From the NCBI RefSeq assembly GCF_037042905.1, contig NC_087246.1:67890001-67954000 (forward strand): a stretch of 64,000 bases of DNA, read 5' to 3'. The notes below the pieces were generated by a model. That model did no database searches. It was given only the letters and a program-made list of their open reading frames with translations, and was not told where the DNA came from. Numbering within the stretch: position 1 is the first letter of the stretch; every line of letters starts with the position of its first letter. Shown here in pieces: positions 46,601 to 56,063 of the stretch. Made by a program: the position numbers and the translations under genes. Source of the stretch: Lytechinus pictus. Its lineage: Eukaryota.

Positions 46601-49600
46601 TTCTTACGTTCTAAACCAACAAATTTATAGTCATCGATATTGAATATTGCACTTGGTGTGGATTCGGAAATCCAAGTCTCTGTTAGGCCTATGATTGTAG
46701 GTTTGATATCTAAACAGCTTAAGAATGAAATCAAATTCTCATGGTTCTTAGAAAGACTTCGACAGTTTATATGTATACATGAAAAATGTTTATCATTTAT
46801 ACAATTATTATTTGACACACAATCCCTCAATTTGGTATTGAATTTAGAAATAGAAAAAACATTATTAGATAAGTTAAAAGTAGCATCTTCGGTATCAACA
46901 TCAGGTGATAAAAATCTATTTAATCTTGTAATATCATTCAGATATTGGCTCTCAAGATTATACATACAAAAATTACACTTATATATTATTCAAAAGAAAA
47001 GAATACAAAAAAAAAAAAAGTGATATTAGATTTTTTTAATGCTTAAGACTAGTTTGACAGAATAAAAAAAAGCTTAATAAAGTCTTGCCAGGTGCAATTA
47101 AATAACACCACCAGTCACACATCCCCGACACTGCCTACCTGCCTCAAACCGGAGAACAATAGATACGTAATTCACTGATTTCTGGCTGAGCCAGGCAAAC
47201 AAGCATCAAAGATGTGTGACCGGTACTGTACAAGTCCATGTACAAATGGAGAGCAGAGCAGAGAGCAATATAAACTCCGCACATGCACACAATGTACATT
47301 GAGTAATACAGACTCAGTACATAGGTATAGAAGTTAAAAGATGTCCAAACAGGAGGAACAAAGCAAAGTCGAATCACAGTCACAGTCTCGCTAAATCTTC
47401 ATCGCATGTGATGAGCTTCTTCACGATGTTGCCAGATGATGTAGGAACACCGGCAAAAACTCTTCCATCCAATGTCCAATAGCGCGAGACCTTCTTGTGT
47501 TTTCGAACCTTGTGGTATAGTGACTCGTTCGATCTAGTTAAGTCTTCATTAACGAAAATTCCTGTTCCTTTCAGATTCTTCCGAGCTGCGATGAGTTTTG
47601 AGCGAATGCGATATGTAGCGAGCTTGACAATAATTGGACGGGGGAGATTCCGTGTGTTACGTGCAGCTCCTCTGTCATTAGGGTCACTCTTAGCAGCAGT
47701 TGGGGAAGAAACTCTATGGCAACGATCAATTTCGTCCATCTTTAAGTTAACTCCCAGCTTCTTCTGAGCAAGTTCGATGATAAGGGCATCTGTGTCTTCA
47801 TTAGGTGTTTCCTGGATTCCATGAACACGAATACTATTTCTCCTTGTGTACTGTTCAAGAGTGTTTAGCTTACGATCGGTCAAAGAAACGTTGTTAGTAG
47901 CAGAAGCAATGGTTTTCTTCAAATTTTCAATCTCATTAGATTTGGATTCAACCTTAGCCTCTAGATCCATAATCTTTCCTTCTTGTTCTTCAACTGTTTT
48001 CACCAATGCATCTAGCACTATTTGTTCTTTGATGGCTTCTTTCACTGTTGTTTTTAGGTAACTTTTGAATTCCTCATTTTTCAGAAGTTCTACAATAACA
48101 TCTTGTGCAAGCTCGGATGGTGTAGCTTTCTTTTCTCTAGGCATGATAAGCTCTAAAACTCAAGGGGTCAATTCGTAATTCAGAACCCCTGTAGAAGCTA
48201 AGCCGTAAGACTAGTAGTAGATGTATAGTATAGTACAGTACATGTAGGCCCTACTAGGCCTATGTCTATGTCTATGTAGATTTAGCTGATATTGTATGCT
48301 TGAACTTAAAACTTAGTTTTCTTATGATTAATTATTTGTGTTTCTCCAACAGTACCACAGCAACTGCTGTGTGGTAGCCTTTTGTCAAGGCCCTCGCGAC
48401 TTGGCTCTATCCTAGTCAGGTAGTGGCTGAAACGAGACTAGCAGCCTACGAAGATTACTGGCGATACCCGAGTGATCGCGCGCGACGAACGACTTGTCGT
48501 GAGGGCCTTTTGGAACCTGGGTTTCATCGCTTGCTATGAATTATTAATGAGCATGCTAATTAGTCTCCCTCCGAATATTGACCAATCAGAAGAGCAGCTT
48601 CACACTGCCTGCCATCGTGGTTCGTTCATTATACCCGACGCTGACGGGGTCGGAGGTGTGCAGTCTATTGTGGTTCTGGTGCCTGCGACCTGATTTCAAA
48701 GATAATCCTTGCACAACGGGATGGCCTGGTAAATGGCACTTTTGCCATATCCAGTGGGGAGACTTACGAACGTATCGTGTCCTCGAAGGACTGATAGAAT
48801 CGCCCTCAGTTGTAGTTCCTTGAACGCTGATATTTTCAGCATTTGCGATGCAATTTCTGTACTTTTCAGCAATAATTCTTCAGACTCAGAGGCAGCCATG
48901 ATGAATTGCGAGAGTCGATATTTGCATATTTAATATTGCTGACATCATGCAAGAAATGTTCGCTGATTGGCCGCTACCTCTCAGGTAGCAATTCCGACTC
49001 GGAAACAATGGTTAACATAAGAAATCCAAGTCAGGTTCCAAAAGGCCCTCGTGACAAGTCGTTCGGCTCGCGCGTTCACTCGGGTATCGCCAGGCCGCTA
49101 GTCTCGTATCAGCCACTACCTGATGAGGATAGAGCCAAGTTGCGAGGGCCTTGACAAAAGGCTAGCTGTGTGGTGGCTGCCTATGAAATAAAAATCATAG
49201 GTAGACTAGGTGGGATGCAAACCCACGACCTCTGGATTACTAGACCAGCGTCATGACCACTAGACCACCGGAGTGCCCTTGGTGATCTAGGTTCAAGCTA
49301 TCCCATATATATATTATATATCAAATCAAAGGATTCACCGTTGGATAAAGGTAAATGATTAGTTGTTCATGTTGCTCCAATATAATACCATAAGGGTAAC
49401 ACAGCACCTGCTGCGTGATGCCTGCCTATGAACATGAACAACTAATCCATTTACCTTTAACATCCAATGATGAATCCTTTGATTAGTTTTCTTATGTTTG
49501 TTCTTACCAGAGTATTTTTCTCCTTGAGATGACCAAGAATTACAGTCCTACTGTAATGTCCATGCTAGAAGGGGGATAAACAAAATACTAATGTACTGGG

Positions 49601-52600
49601 TTGGGAGATATAGGGGAACCTGGACATTCCCCCTTTAAAAAAACAAAACAAATAAACAATAAAAAAAAATAATAATAATAATTAAAAAAATTATTGCTCT
49701 CAGGAATGATATTGATATATGTTGGTTTTTTTTCTCTCCTTATAAAATACTTGAGAAACTTTTTAATGCATAATCTGCTCTTAAATATAAATCATATTTT
49801 TTGTGACAACCCTTTTTATGCAAAGCAATATCAGACTTTTCCAAATATTCTCCTTTTAATTTTTTTCATCAAATGTTACATGAAAAATTCTTTGTACATT
49901 TCCTACTTACAATTTAATCTTTGTATACACACTGTTCGTAATAATCATAATTGTATGAATACATGTTTGATATCCTTTACATTTTCAAGAGAATGGACAG
50001 ACTAAATGATTAGTCAATTAATCAATATTGAGCATCAATGTGATTTAACCCTATTTAAGTCTGGGGTATTTGGATGCCTAAGACGACAGGGGGGGGGGGG
50101 GGGGTCTGCTGATTCGAAAGTACAGGAAAGCAATTATACCTATCGTTATGTGCTTATAATTGGACAAATTCAAGAGGGTTGAGGATATTTTTCATTATGC
50201 TCAGCTAAGATATGGTCTAAAAAATGCTGAAATGCAAAGAGAGATTTTTGTCATAGCCGAAATACTATATACCTATAATTGGACAAAATGAAACGAAGGT
50301 TCTGTTCACATACCATCCACTTTTTGAACCAGAGTGCTTTAGGGTCCAGCAATGCTATGTAGTGCATGGGAGTGATGGCCCCAGAAGGTTTACTTGGTTT
50401 CATAACAAGGAAATTAAGCGAAGTATCAGTGAGATCCTGAAGAAATCTGAAATATGAATGAAAACGAAATGTGGTCATCGGACCTGAAAGTCACGTCAAA
50501 TACTCAGTGATACTTTATTACCCTTTTGTCCAAAATTCATAAAATAGGTCCTTATTACATGTATTTTCAAATTTATCATAACATTTCAAAAAGTTGTTAA
50601 GATCTTAACGTTCATGGTGTAGCCATTGGAAAGCATCACCTATAGTCTGTCTCTGCTAAGCTGGCAAAACAACAACAAAATCCCATTCCTGGGCCCTGTC
50701 TTACTAAGAGTTTTGATTGATCCAATCAACATCAACTATATGGAAATCCATCATTGTCATAATTTTTCCAACATGAAATTTGTAAACAGAGAAAGCACAC
50801 TGAATTGTCAAGGAAATGATGAATGCAACATCATATCTAGAACGAATTTGAACATGCATTTAGAAATTGGAGTTGCTGGCTTTCCATAGTTGTGGCAAAT
50901 GTAGATCGGATCAACTCTTTGTAAGATGGAGACTAGATCCCAACCAAACCTCTCCCTACACCCTGCCTTCCAGCATCCATAGTTTTTCATTATGAAATTA
51001 ACCAAGCACAACTCGGGCATACAAGAATATGATTAAAAAATATAATCTGATGCAATAAAAACCATAAATGCACACATTTTGCTTGCGATACTTCAAACAG
51101 ATTTTTAAGACTGAGCCTGAATTTTAAGAATCACCCCTTGGCAAATTTTCAAACCTTAAGTCTAGTTATCACACGTTACATTACTACATGTACATAGGAC
51201 ACAGTACACAATTAGTGATTTCTAAACTTATTGGCCCATATTCTGAAGTCTAGTTTAACCTAGACCATGGTCTAACTGTATGCTAAAATCGTGAGAAGTC
51301 AAAATGTCAAAAAATTGATTACTATGGTCCATATTCTTAAGTCGGGTTTAACTTAGACCGTGGTCTAACTCTATGCTAAAATTATGGGAAGCCCAAAATG
51401 TCAAAATTTTGTTTACATTGTATCTTTCTTAAGTTCACTGTGGTTTTTTCTAATACTTGAATGGAGAAGACACTATCTTATTTACCCTTCCCAGGCAGTT
51501 AAGAATGATTTGAGAGCCAAATTAGCCGATACATTGAACTTTAACATTAGAGATTTATGCCACAATTGGCTATCCATAGTTAAACCACAACTTTAAACCA
51601 GACTTTAATTTAAACCCAACTTGACAATACGGGCCATTGTATGTTAATTATATTTACTGTGGCCTTTCCTTATTATTTAGCTGTGAAATCTACTCTTATT
51701 CATCATTCCCAGACAATTATGTATGATTTGTATGGCTATTGGCTTGGCATAGTTAACCCTAACTTACCTAGGCTATCTTGCGAGCTTAAAGTCGGGGGGG
51801 GGATCTCGGCAGCAGATTGGGCGATCGTGACAATTTGCCCGAAGGTAGAGAAGGACGTAATCTACGCCGCTACACAGGTAGATTGCACAAACTTCCTACA
51901 TTTTTTATATGGATTTCATGAAATCATACTTTTTGCTCTAATTCACTAGATAAAGCACCCTGAAAGCTAATGTTTGGTGAAAATATTCTTTAAGGCATTC
52001 CTTAAAACTGTAAAGGAAAATAATTTTGAAAATCAATTTTTTAATGTATTTAACAGTCTTTTTTATGATTTCTAATTAATTTTTTTATTTTGGTATTTTT
52101 TTCATTTTTTTTGACAAAATTAATTGGGACATTATTTCAGTCATAAATAGCATCAAATTAAATGACTGTTATCAATAGCAGTGATAATAATAACTCATTT
52201 ATGAATTTCAGAAGAAACAGATTTTGTATTGACATTGTACATACATGATATACACGTTTTTGAGCAATTTTCGTCTGACATGCACTTACATAATGTTGCA
52301 TAATTTCTTAAGTGCGTGCCCAAGCGTCACTAATTTGGTCTCAAAAGTTGTGTGAGACTTGACAGTAAAAAGTCTGCGAGCACAGTGGATATATCACGAA
52401 AATGTTAAGGGGGGACTGAAAAGACCTTCCCCCGCTAAGTTATTGACCAGAGTTTAAATTAGACCTGGATTAAGAATACGGTCCATTGAGGTGTTATGAA
52501 TCTGGGCCTGGAAAATAATGATCTTACTTGTCAGGAAATCTGATCCAATATTTGGGTATCTCGAGCTGGAACTCGTTGACGAGACGGAACCTTCGTAAAA

Positions 52601-55600
52601 GCTTCTGGGCAGAGTTCTGAGTAGCGTCTATCCCATACTGCACCGCCATGCCACCTTTGCTTCCTAGGACCTTGAACTCATTACTTAGATGATCAACTAT
52701 GAGTATAATGATAATAGTGATAATACAGCCAAAAGAAGAAAATATGCAACTGAATCATTTCCTGACTACTAGCACTGGAAATCAATGTGCCCATACTTGT
52801 CTGATAAAAAAGCTGTTTCTTTTAACCTCTTAATAGCCCTAAAATCCTATTAGATATCCAATCCATGATTTATACCTGCATGTATTTTGTACTGGTCCCA
52901 CACAAAAGGTGGTTTTTGTTACGCTTTTTCAAATTTCATTTGGTTTAACATATGATACCTCGGTTGAACAGAGAATTATTTTCATGAAGTTGGTGTGAGT
53001 GCATTTACACATGAATTTCACTCTGCTATGCAGAGGAGACAAAAATGGCAAATTTGATTTAGGCCATGGGGGTGTCAGAGGAGAGGGATATGTAAACAAG
53101 TGTCCCATTCATTAAACTTGTTAAAAATACAAAATTATTAGAACTTTTTTCAGCATGTAAGTGCTATTGAAACCATACAGTTTCATTGGCTGATAATAAA
53201 CTTGTCTGAGAAATTTCCGTTTGTTATCGATGACAAGTTTTACAAATAGGAAACCTTGGTCAGTTCACAAGCTAATCGTTCCCAAGGGCCCTTATCACAA
53301 GACTTGCTGTTAATACCAAATGCTATGTTCTTCTGGTCCAATCATCTTGCAGGTTTTTCAGTAGCTTATAACAATATCTTATACTGTAAACTGTTAATGA
53401 TAAGTTCAATGAAAGGTGAACATACTGAGATTGGTATACATCTCTCTCATCACACTGTGGGAGTTGGAACCAAACATCCTGGCATGGAAACGCAAGCTGC
53501 TATCCTATAGTTTCAAACGAGAAATGATAATAATGTCAAACATCCCAAAAGAATTCAGCAAAAAAAATCATTTGAAGCCATATTTCAATTGATCATCTTT
53601 CATCCTTGATAAATACTATTCACAATAAAGTAAAATTAATCATTTTGAGCTTCATTTTTATTTGCTCAGATTTCATGCTATAAAAATGAAATCCACAATA
53701 AATTAAGTCCAGTGAATAATTTGAAGTGTTATTTCAGTTGATCATTTTCCACTCTTCAAATATAACATCTGAAATAAATCAACACAATCATTAATTTGAA
53801 GCATTGTTTGATTTTATCATCTTTGAATCTTAAAAAAATTTGCATTCACAATAAATAAGGTAGAATAAGTAATCTGAAGCCTTGTTTTAATTGATCATAT
53901 TTCATTCTGCAAAAGTAAAAATATACTTACCGATAGAGTTTGATCAGGATCAGCTAGGGCAGCTACCAGTCCCTTCTTCATCCTGCTCCAGTTCTCACAG
54001 GCAAGAACATCTGAAGGAGGGACCTGGAGAAGGGTCTGTAGGGCATCCCTACGCCGCTGAAGGGGCTGACCGCAGTCTAGGTTCTCTGTAATAGTGGTGA
54101 ACTCTTCTTGGTTCATGAACATGAAAGAGCTCTGCAGAAATAGTGAGGGTGGGGGGGGGGGTGTTGAAAATAAATTTCAGTTGTGGTAATGATCTCAAAA
54201 TCTTGAGTGTAAACAGCATCTAGAGTGTGAACAGCATCCTACAAAATGGCCACCCTAGTGTCTGTATATATATGCAAAATGGCTCTGTAAAAAATGTGCA
54301 ATAGCTGAGAAATGAGCAAATTTGAAATGAGCACGACATTCCTGCCAGATGTCAGGTCTTTGTCCAATCCGCAAATCATCAAACAAATAGTCAATGATTT
54401 TTCACTTAATAACTGTTACAAGCTACTGAAATCCTTGCATCTGATTGGCTCAAAAGAAACAATTCAGCGAAAATCACTATTTTCTTCATTAAACTCTCCC
54501 CTGAAGATCATTTTACCTGATTAAAGGAGTCATCTAATGAAGATTCATCACCACCACTAGAGGGGTTCAAACTATTGGTGGTCCTCTCTGGATACCGGTA
54601 AGATGGGGCATAAGAACCTTGACTGGTCCGCTGCCTTTTGTCGTCATCATATGCATGAATCAGGCGATCTACAGCACTACGGGTGCTAAGCTTCAAAGAA
54701 TGCATCATGTCCGTGCACCTGAAAAGGCAAAAGATGAAAAGAAAGGATGACGGCAAATTCATTAACAGTCACAATTCCCATTGTGAGAAAGATAAAAAGA
54801 TTTTACTGTGAGATGTGAGATTTCGAATCCTTGATATCTATTAAGACTATCAAAGAAAACCATTATGGAAAATGAATAAGTCACCAGTCCATTCACTGCC
54901 ATTTGGTTTGCAGAGCTGTCAACATCAACAGGAATATTTCAGTATTTTAAAAAGCTGAAAAATCAGTATTTTGATAAGGAAATTTGTATTTCAAAATACC
55001 ACAGAACGCATTAAACTGAAACTTTAGAAATCAGTATTTTGCATGAAACTATTCATCTTTTTGTTCAGTGCCAATTACTGAAAATCAATACTAATTTGCA
55101 GCAATGAGTTTGTCAGTGCCGGTGATATCTTGCCACACCCACTGACCCATACGCAGCAAAAACACAAGTAAATAGGTGACAAATTTCACAATAAAGCCAC
55201 ACCTAGCTTGACATTGGGTGGATTTCCTGTATTTTCATGACTGATCATACATATTAATTTATGCAATCATTTATACAAATGAGTCCCATGATCAATCGCT
55301 AAGGTTTATGTTTTGGGACCCTGGTGTATACTCACAGCTGATCATTGATGACCCGTTCTGTCACATCTCGAACCGTTGCTTCCTCAGTGGCTCTGTTTGG
55401 CAAATCTAGGTTTCTTCTCTCGATCTCCTCCTCGATGAGAGGACCTAACACAGTCTCAATCCTTCCCTTGATATACTTAACTAATTCATACCTGAAAGAA
55501 TATTGAAAATTATTATTTCAAAAACAAATAATGAAGATAAATTGGCTTATAAGTTCTTGACCACAGCAATGGGTGAATTCATCCTCATGACAGCCAAAAT

Positions 55601-56063
55601 TTCCAAAATGGAAACTATGGGGTGACCATCTATTCTAAAGTTGCCCCAAAAGCTGCCATAAACAATATTAAAGAACCTTTAGAAAATGAATATTCTACAT
55701 ACAGCAAAGCATTATTGCTCGGTTTTCAATTCAACCTTCAATTTTCCTAAGAAAATGACATTATTTCAATTCATATTTAACATATGGAGAAGCTAAAAAA
55801 ATTAAAGATACATTTTTTTTTTTTTTTTTTTTTTACAGATTTTTATCGAACCTCTTTAACAATGTTATCATGGTGAACTTCCCTTTTAGAAATAACCCTT
55901 GTAATCTGCTTTACCTATGGAAGTTCTCATCCGTGCCTTCCAGATGGATCATCATATCCTCAGCTGCTGCTAAGCTAGATGACCTTTGGATGGACGATGC
56001 TACACTGGACACAAGCTGCCTGATACTAGGGAGGAGGTCAACGTCAGTATCCAGGTCAGCCAT
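31516..56063 (-). CDS. TBC1D32: Protein broad-minded / TBC1 domain family member 32 orthologue, 5' coding exons 1-17 (gene incomplete in window)
   Basis: 17 GT-AG exons, all phase-compatible (2242 nt); peptides match recalled vertebrate BROMI: [82 protein letters not shown]. Confidence 0.92.
32092..34901. mobile_element. 2.8-kb non-autonomous hAT element with purine-rich low-complexity interior
   Basis: TIR CAGGGAAAAAAATAC / GTATTTTTTTCGCTG; perfect 8-bp TSD CTGCTTAG (32084-32091 / 34902-34909). Confidence 0.85.
35650..35730 (-). CDS. TBC1D32: BROMI coding exon 16
   Basis: [27 protein letters not shown]; TAG / GTAAG. Confidence 0.92.
35905..36035 (-). mobile_element. SINE 3' fragment
   Basis: Minus strand ..CCCAGGTGAGGTGAATGGGTATCTGGCAGG.. 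ending in (AAT)n; core related to the SINE at 36261. Confidence 0.6.
36261..36623 (+). mobile_element. tRNA-derived SINE with L2-like tail
   Basis: A box TGGTGTAGTGG, B box GTTCGAATCCC; core CCTTTGGCAAGGC..CCTAGGTGCTACATGGGTACC; tail GTAAAGCGCTTAG..CACTATATAAA..(ATT)n. Confidence 0.85.
37573..37713 (-). CDS. TBC1D32: BROMI coding exon 15
   Basis: ...[19 protein letters not shown]; TAG / GTAAA. Confidence 0.9.
38550..38751 (-). CDS. TBC1D32: BROMI coding exon 14
   Basis: AVHIISEFC...[33 protein letters not shown]; CAG / GTACG. Confidence 0.92.
39478..39596 (-). CDS. TBC1D32: BROMI coding exon 13
   Basis: [33 protein letters not shown]; TAG / GTGAG. Confidence 0.88.
39780..40560 (-). repeat. 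56-bp minisatellite, ~14 copies, spanning the BROMI exon 12 / intron junction
   Basis: Unit (minus strand) CTCAGGCCTGTCAATGACTGGCTGCACAAGGATCAG|GTAAGGTCAAAGGTCATATC. Confidence 0.95.
40530..40672 (-). CDS. TBC1D32: BROMI coding exon 12
   Basis: [14 protein letters not shown]...CVECL...[13 protein letters not shown]; CAG / GTAAGG. Confidence 0.9.
40825..40908 (-). pseudogene. Displaced partial duplicate of BROMI exon 13
   Basis: Near-identical to 39498-39582, with a 1-bp deletion and a few substitutions; no splice sites copied. Confidence 0.9.
41157..41237 (-). CDS. TBC1D32: BROMI coding exon 11 (acceptor uncertain)
   Basis: [18 protein letters not shown]...; phase fits its neighbours; donor GTAAG; acceptor preceded by an A-run. 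Confidence 0.65.
41768..41905 (-). CDS. TBC1D32: BROMI coding exon 10
   Basis: [29 protein letters not shown]; CAG / GTAAG. Confidence 0.92.
42637..42739 (-). CDS. TBC1D32: BROMI coding exon 9
   Basis: [14 protein letters not shown]...; CAG / GTGAG. Confidence 0.8.
43948..46965 (-). CDS. LINE ORF2: APE endonuclease + reverse transcriptase (1005 aa, uninterrupted)
   Basis: HINCRSL, LTETW, YRPP, GDYN, ISDH; [32 protein letters not shown]. Confidence 0.95.
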   Translation of the reverse strand: MYNLESQYLNDITRLNRFLSPDVDTEDATFNLSNNVFSISKFNTKLRDCVSNNNCINDKHFSCIHINCRSLSKNHENLISFLSCLDIKPTIIGLTETWISESTPSAIFNIDDYKFVGLERKNKRGGGVGFYIRNDVEYSHVTEFDINECHVEGIFLELKLCNNSIYVASIYRPPGQPIGLFVNSLCAILDKINISCKKLYLLGDYNIDLLKVNRNYEVNIFLDTLISYSLNTLIRYPTRVTDHSATLLDNIFTNDESVFLSGALFSDISDHFPVFCLSNTILNCNKNYNISGKRRNITDQNIAKFILELNKVVWNVDHEDPNKSYDKFLDKFLHTYNVCFPYSSFSITNKNRSYKPWMTKEIQKLTKRKCKMYKKFIKNPSEYRKCVYKKSRNKLTNLIKKTKKEYFRLQFQNASGDMKQTWKVINKTLGRSQKKTGLDKITYQDQVLTDNKVICNTINKYFVNIGPKLHSEFTSNINTQSDLLKYITKNEKSLFLSPISPKEILDIVTGFKNNVSAGFDGIDVKVVKKSIHVIAKLLCDIFNSSFVTGIFPDQLKIARVVPVFKSGSPDIISNYRPISVLSIFSKILERCIYSRLHSFISQCNILNNNQFGFRKGHSTSSALAEFVYKVTSALDKQETMIGLFIDLSKAFDSLDHDLLLRKLSYYGIRGVALSLFDNYFQNRKQFVSIDNFSSSMQGIRCGVPQGSILGPLLFIIYINDLSNVSKIVDSILYADDTSLFMSHKNVQTLQNIFNKELKYVSNWLTVNKLTLNVKKSNFLVFTNKNRSQFKFEVCLNDKPVNEVTFTTFLGVNVDNKLTWNEHAGVICNKVAKIVGVMYKLHTLPKNILLLLYNTLILPYLNYCNIAWGNAFQTHINRIFLLQKKAMRIITHSSYLSHSGPLFTSLKILNIMDLNRMNIALFMFFYKKDLLPNSLRNYFLLNTSVHTYSTRNAQNIHIPQCSTSIFKNSIFYQGPVIWNSIPSDIQSSPSVSVFKRKYKTFLLSKS
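47380..48144 (-). CDS. LINE ORF1 (coiled coil + L1-type RRM/CTD)
   Basis: Heptad-rich region, then [45 protein letters not shown]. Confidence 0.9.
   Translation of the reverse strand: MPREKKATPSELAQDVIVELLKNEEFKSYLKTTVKEAIKEQIVLDALVKTVEEQEGKIMDLEAKVESKSNEIENLKKTIASATNNVSLTDRKLNTLEQYTRRNSIRVHGIQETPNEDTDALIIELAQKKLGVNLKMDEIDRCHRVSSPTAAKSDPNDRGAARNTRNLPRPIIVKLATYRIRSKLIAARKNLKGTGIFVNEDLTRSNESLYHKVRKHKKVSRYWTLDGRVFAGVPTSSGNIVKKLITCDEDLARL
48375..49164 (-). mobile_element. Non-autonomous AcademH-like transposon, copy 2, with RecQ helicase N-terminal fragment
   Basis: TAGCCTTTTGTCAAGGCCCTCGC termini; perfect 9-bp TSD GCTGTGTGG; ORF 48696-48899 [28 protein letters not shown] (Q motif + Walker A). 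Confidence 0.88.
49205..49277 (-). pseudogene. tRNA-Thr(AGT)-like sequence (element-borne)
   Basis: A box TGGTCTAGTGG; anticodon arm CTGGT-CTAGTAA-TCCAG; degenerate B box GGTTTGCATCCC. Confidence 0.65.
49508..49564 (-). CDS. TBC1D32: BROMI coding exon 8
   Basis: [19 protein letters not shown]; TAG / GTAAG. Confidence 0.88.
50314..50446 (-). CDS. TBC1D32: BROMI coding exon 7
   Basis: [13 protein letters not shown]...[14 protein letters not shown]; CAG / GTATG. Confidence 0.9.
51233..51636. mobile_element. Harbinger-like MITE (family of 29625-29926) with duplicated left end
   Basis: GGCCCATATTCTGAAGTC... and ...CAATACGGGCC termini. Confidence 0.75.
51757..52440. mobile_element. Older copy of the piggyBac-like MITE family
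   Basis: TTAA|CCCTAACTTACCTAGG start; interior similar to 24390-25135; right end damaged. Confidence 0.75.
52528..52696 (-). CDS. TBC1D32: BROMI coding exon 6
   Basis: ...[35 protein letters not shown]; TAG / GTAAG. Confidence 0.9.
53426..53504 (-). CDS. TBC1D32: BROMI coding exon 5
   Basis: [26 protein letters not shown]; TAG / GTATG. Confidence 0.8.
53931..54131 (-). CDS. TBC1D32: BROMI coding exon 4
   Basis: [31 protein letters not shown]...LADPDQTLS; CAG / GTAAG. Confidence 0.92.
54517..54718 (-). CDS. TBC1D32: BROMI coding exon 3
   Basis: CTDMMHSLK...SSLDDSFNQ; CAG / GTAAA. Confidence 0.85.
55336..55491 (-). CDS. TBC1D32: BROMI coding exon 2
   Basis: [24 protein letters not shown]...; CAG / GTGAG. 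Confidence 0.9.
55915..56063 (-). CDS. TBC1D32: BROMI coding exon 1
   Basis: [18 protein letters not shown]...[16 protein letters not shown]; acceptor ends at 56076; donor GTAAAG. Confidence 0.88.

Larger units (their letters stand above)
43655..48250 (-). mobile_element. Apparently full-length Crack/CR1-group LINE with two open ORFs
   Basis: ORF1, a ~415-bp spacer, ORF2 and a 3' tail AAATAAATGAAACTTGAA; 5' boundary approximate; TSD not identified. Confidence 0.9.
48327..49482 (-). mobile_element. ~360-bp tRNA-containing insertion with inverted 5' segment (carries the nested Academ copy)
   Basis: 14-bp TSD TTAGTTTTCTTATG (48313-48326 / 49483-49496); tRNA-like unit at about 49205-49277; inverted repeat 49325-49372 versus about 49431-49482. 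Confidence 0.7.

Noticed and set aside
49205-49277. Functional tRNA-Thr gene
   Set aside because: B box/T-loop is degenerate, the acceptor stem is imperfect, and it lies inside a TSD-flanked insertion.
49497-49580. 5' end of the Crack LINE
   Set aside because: It is BROMI exon 8 (HGHYSRT...) with proper splice sites.
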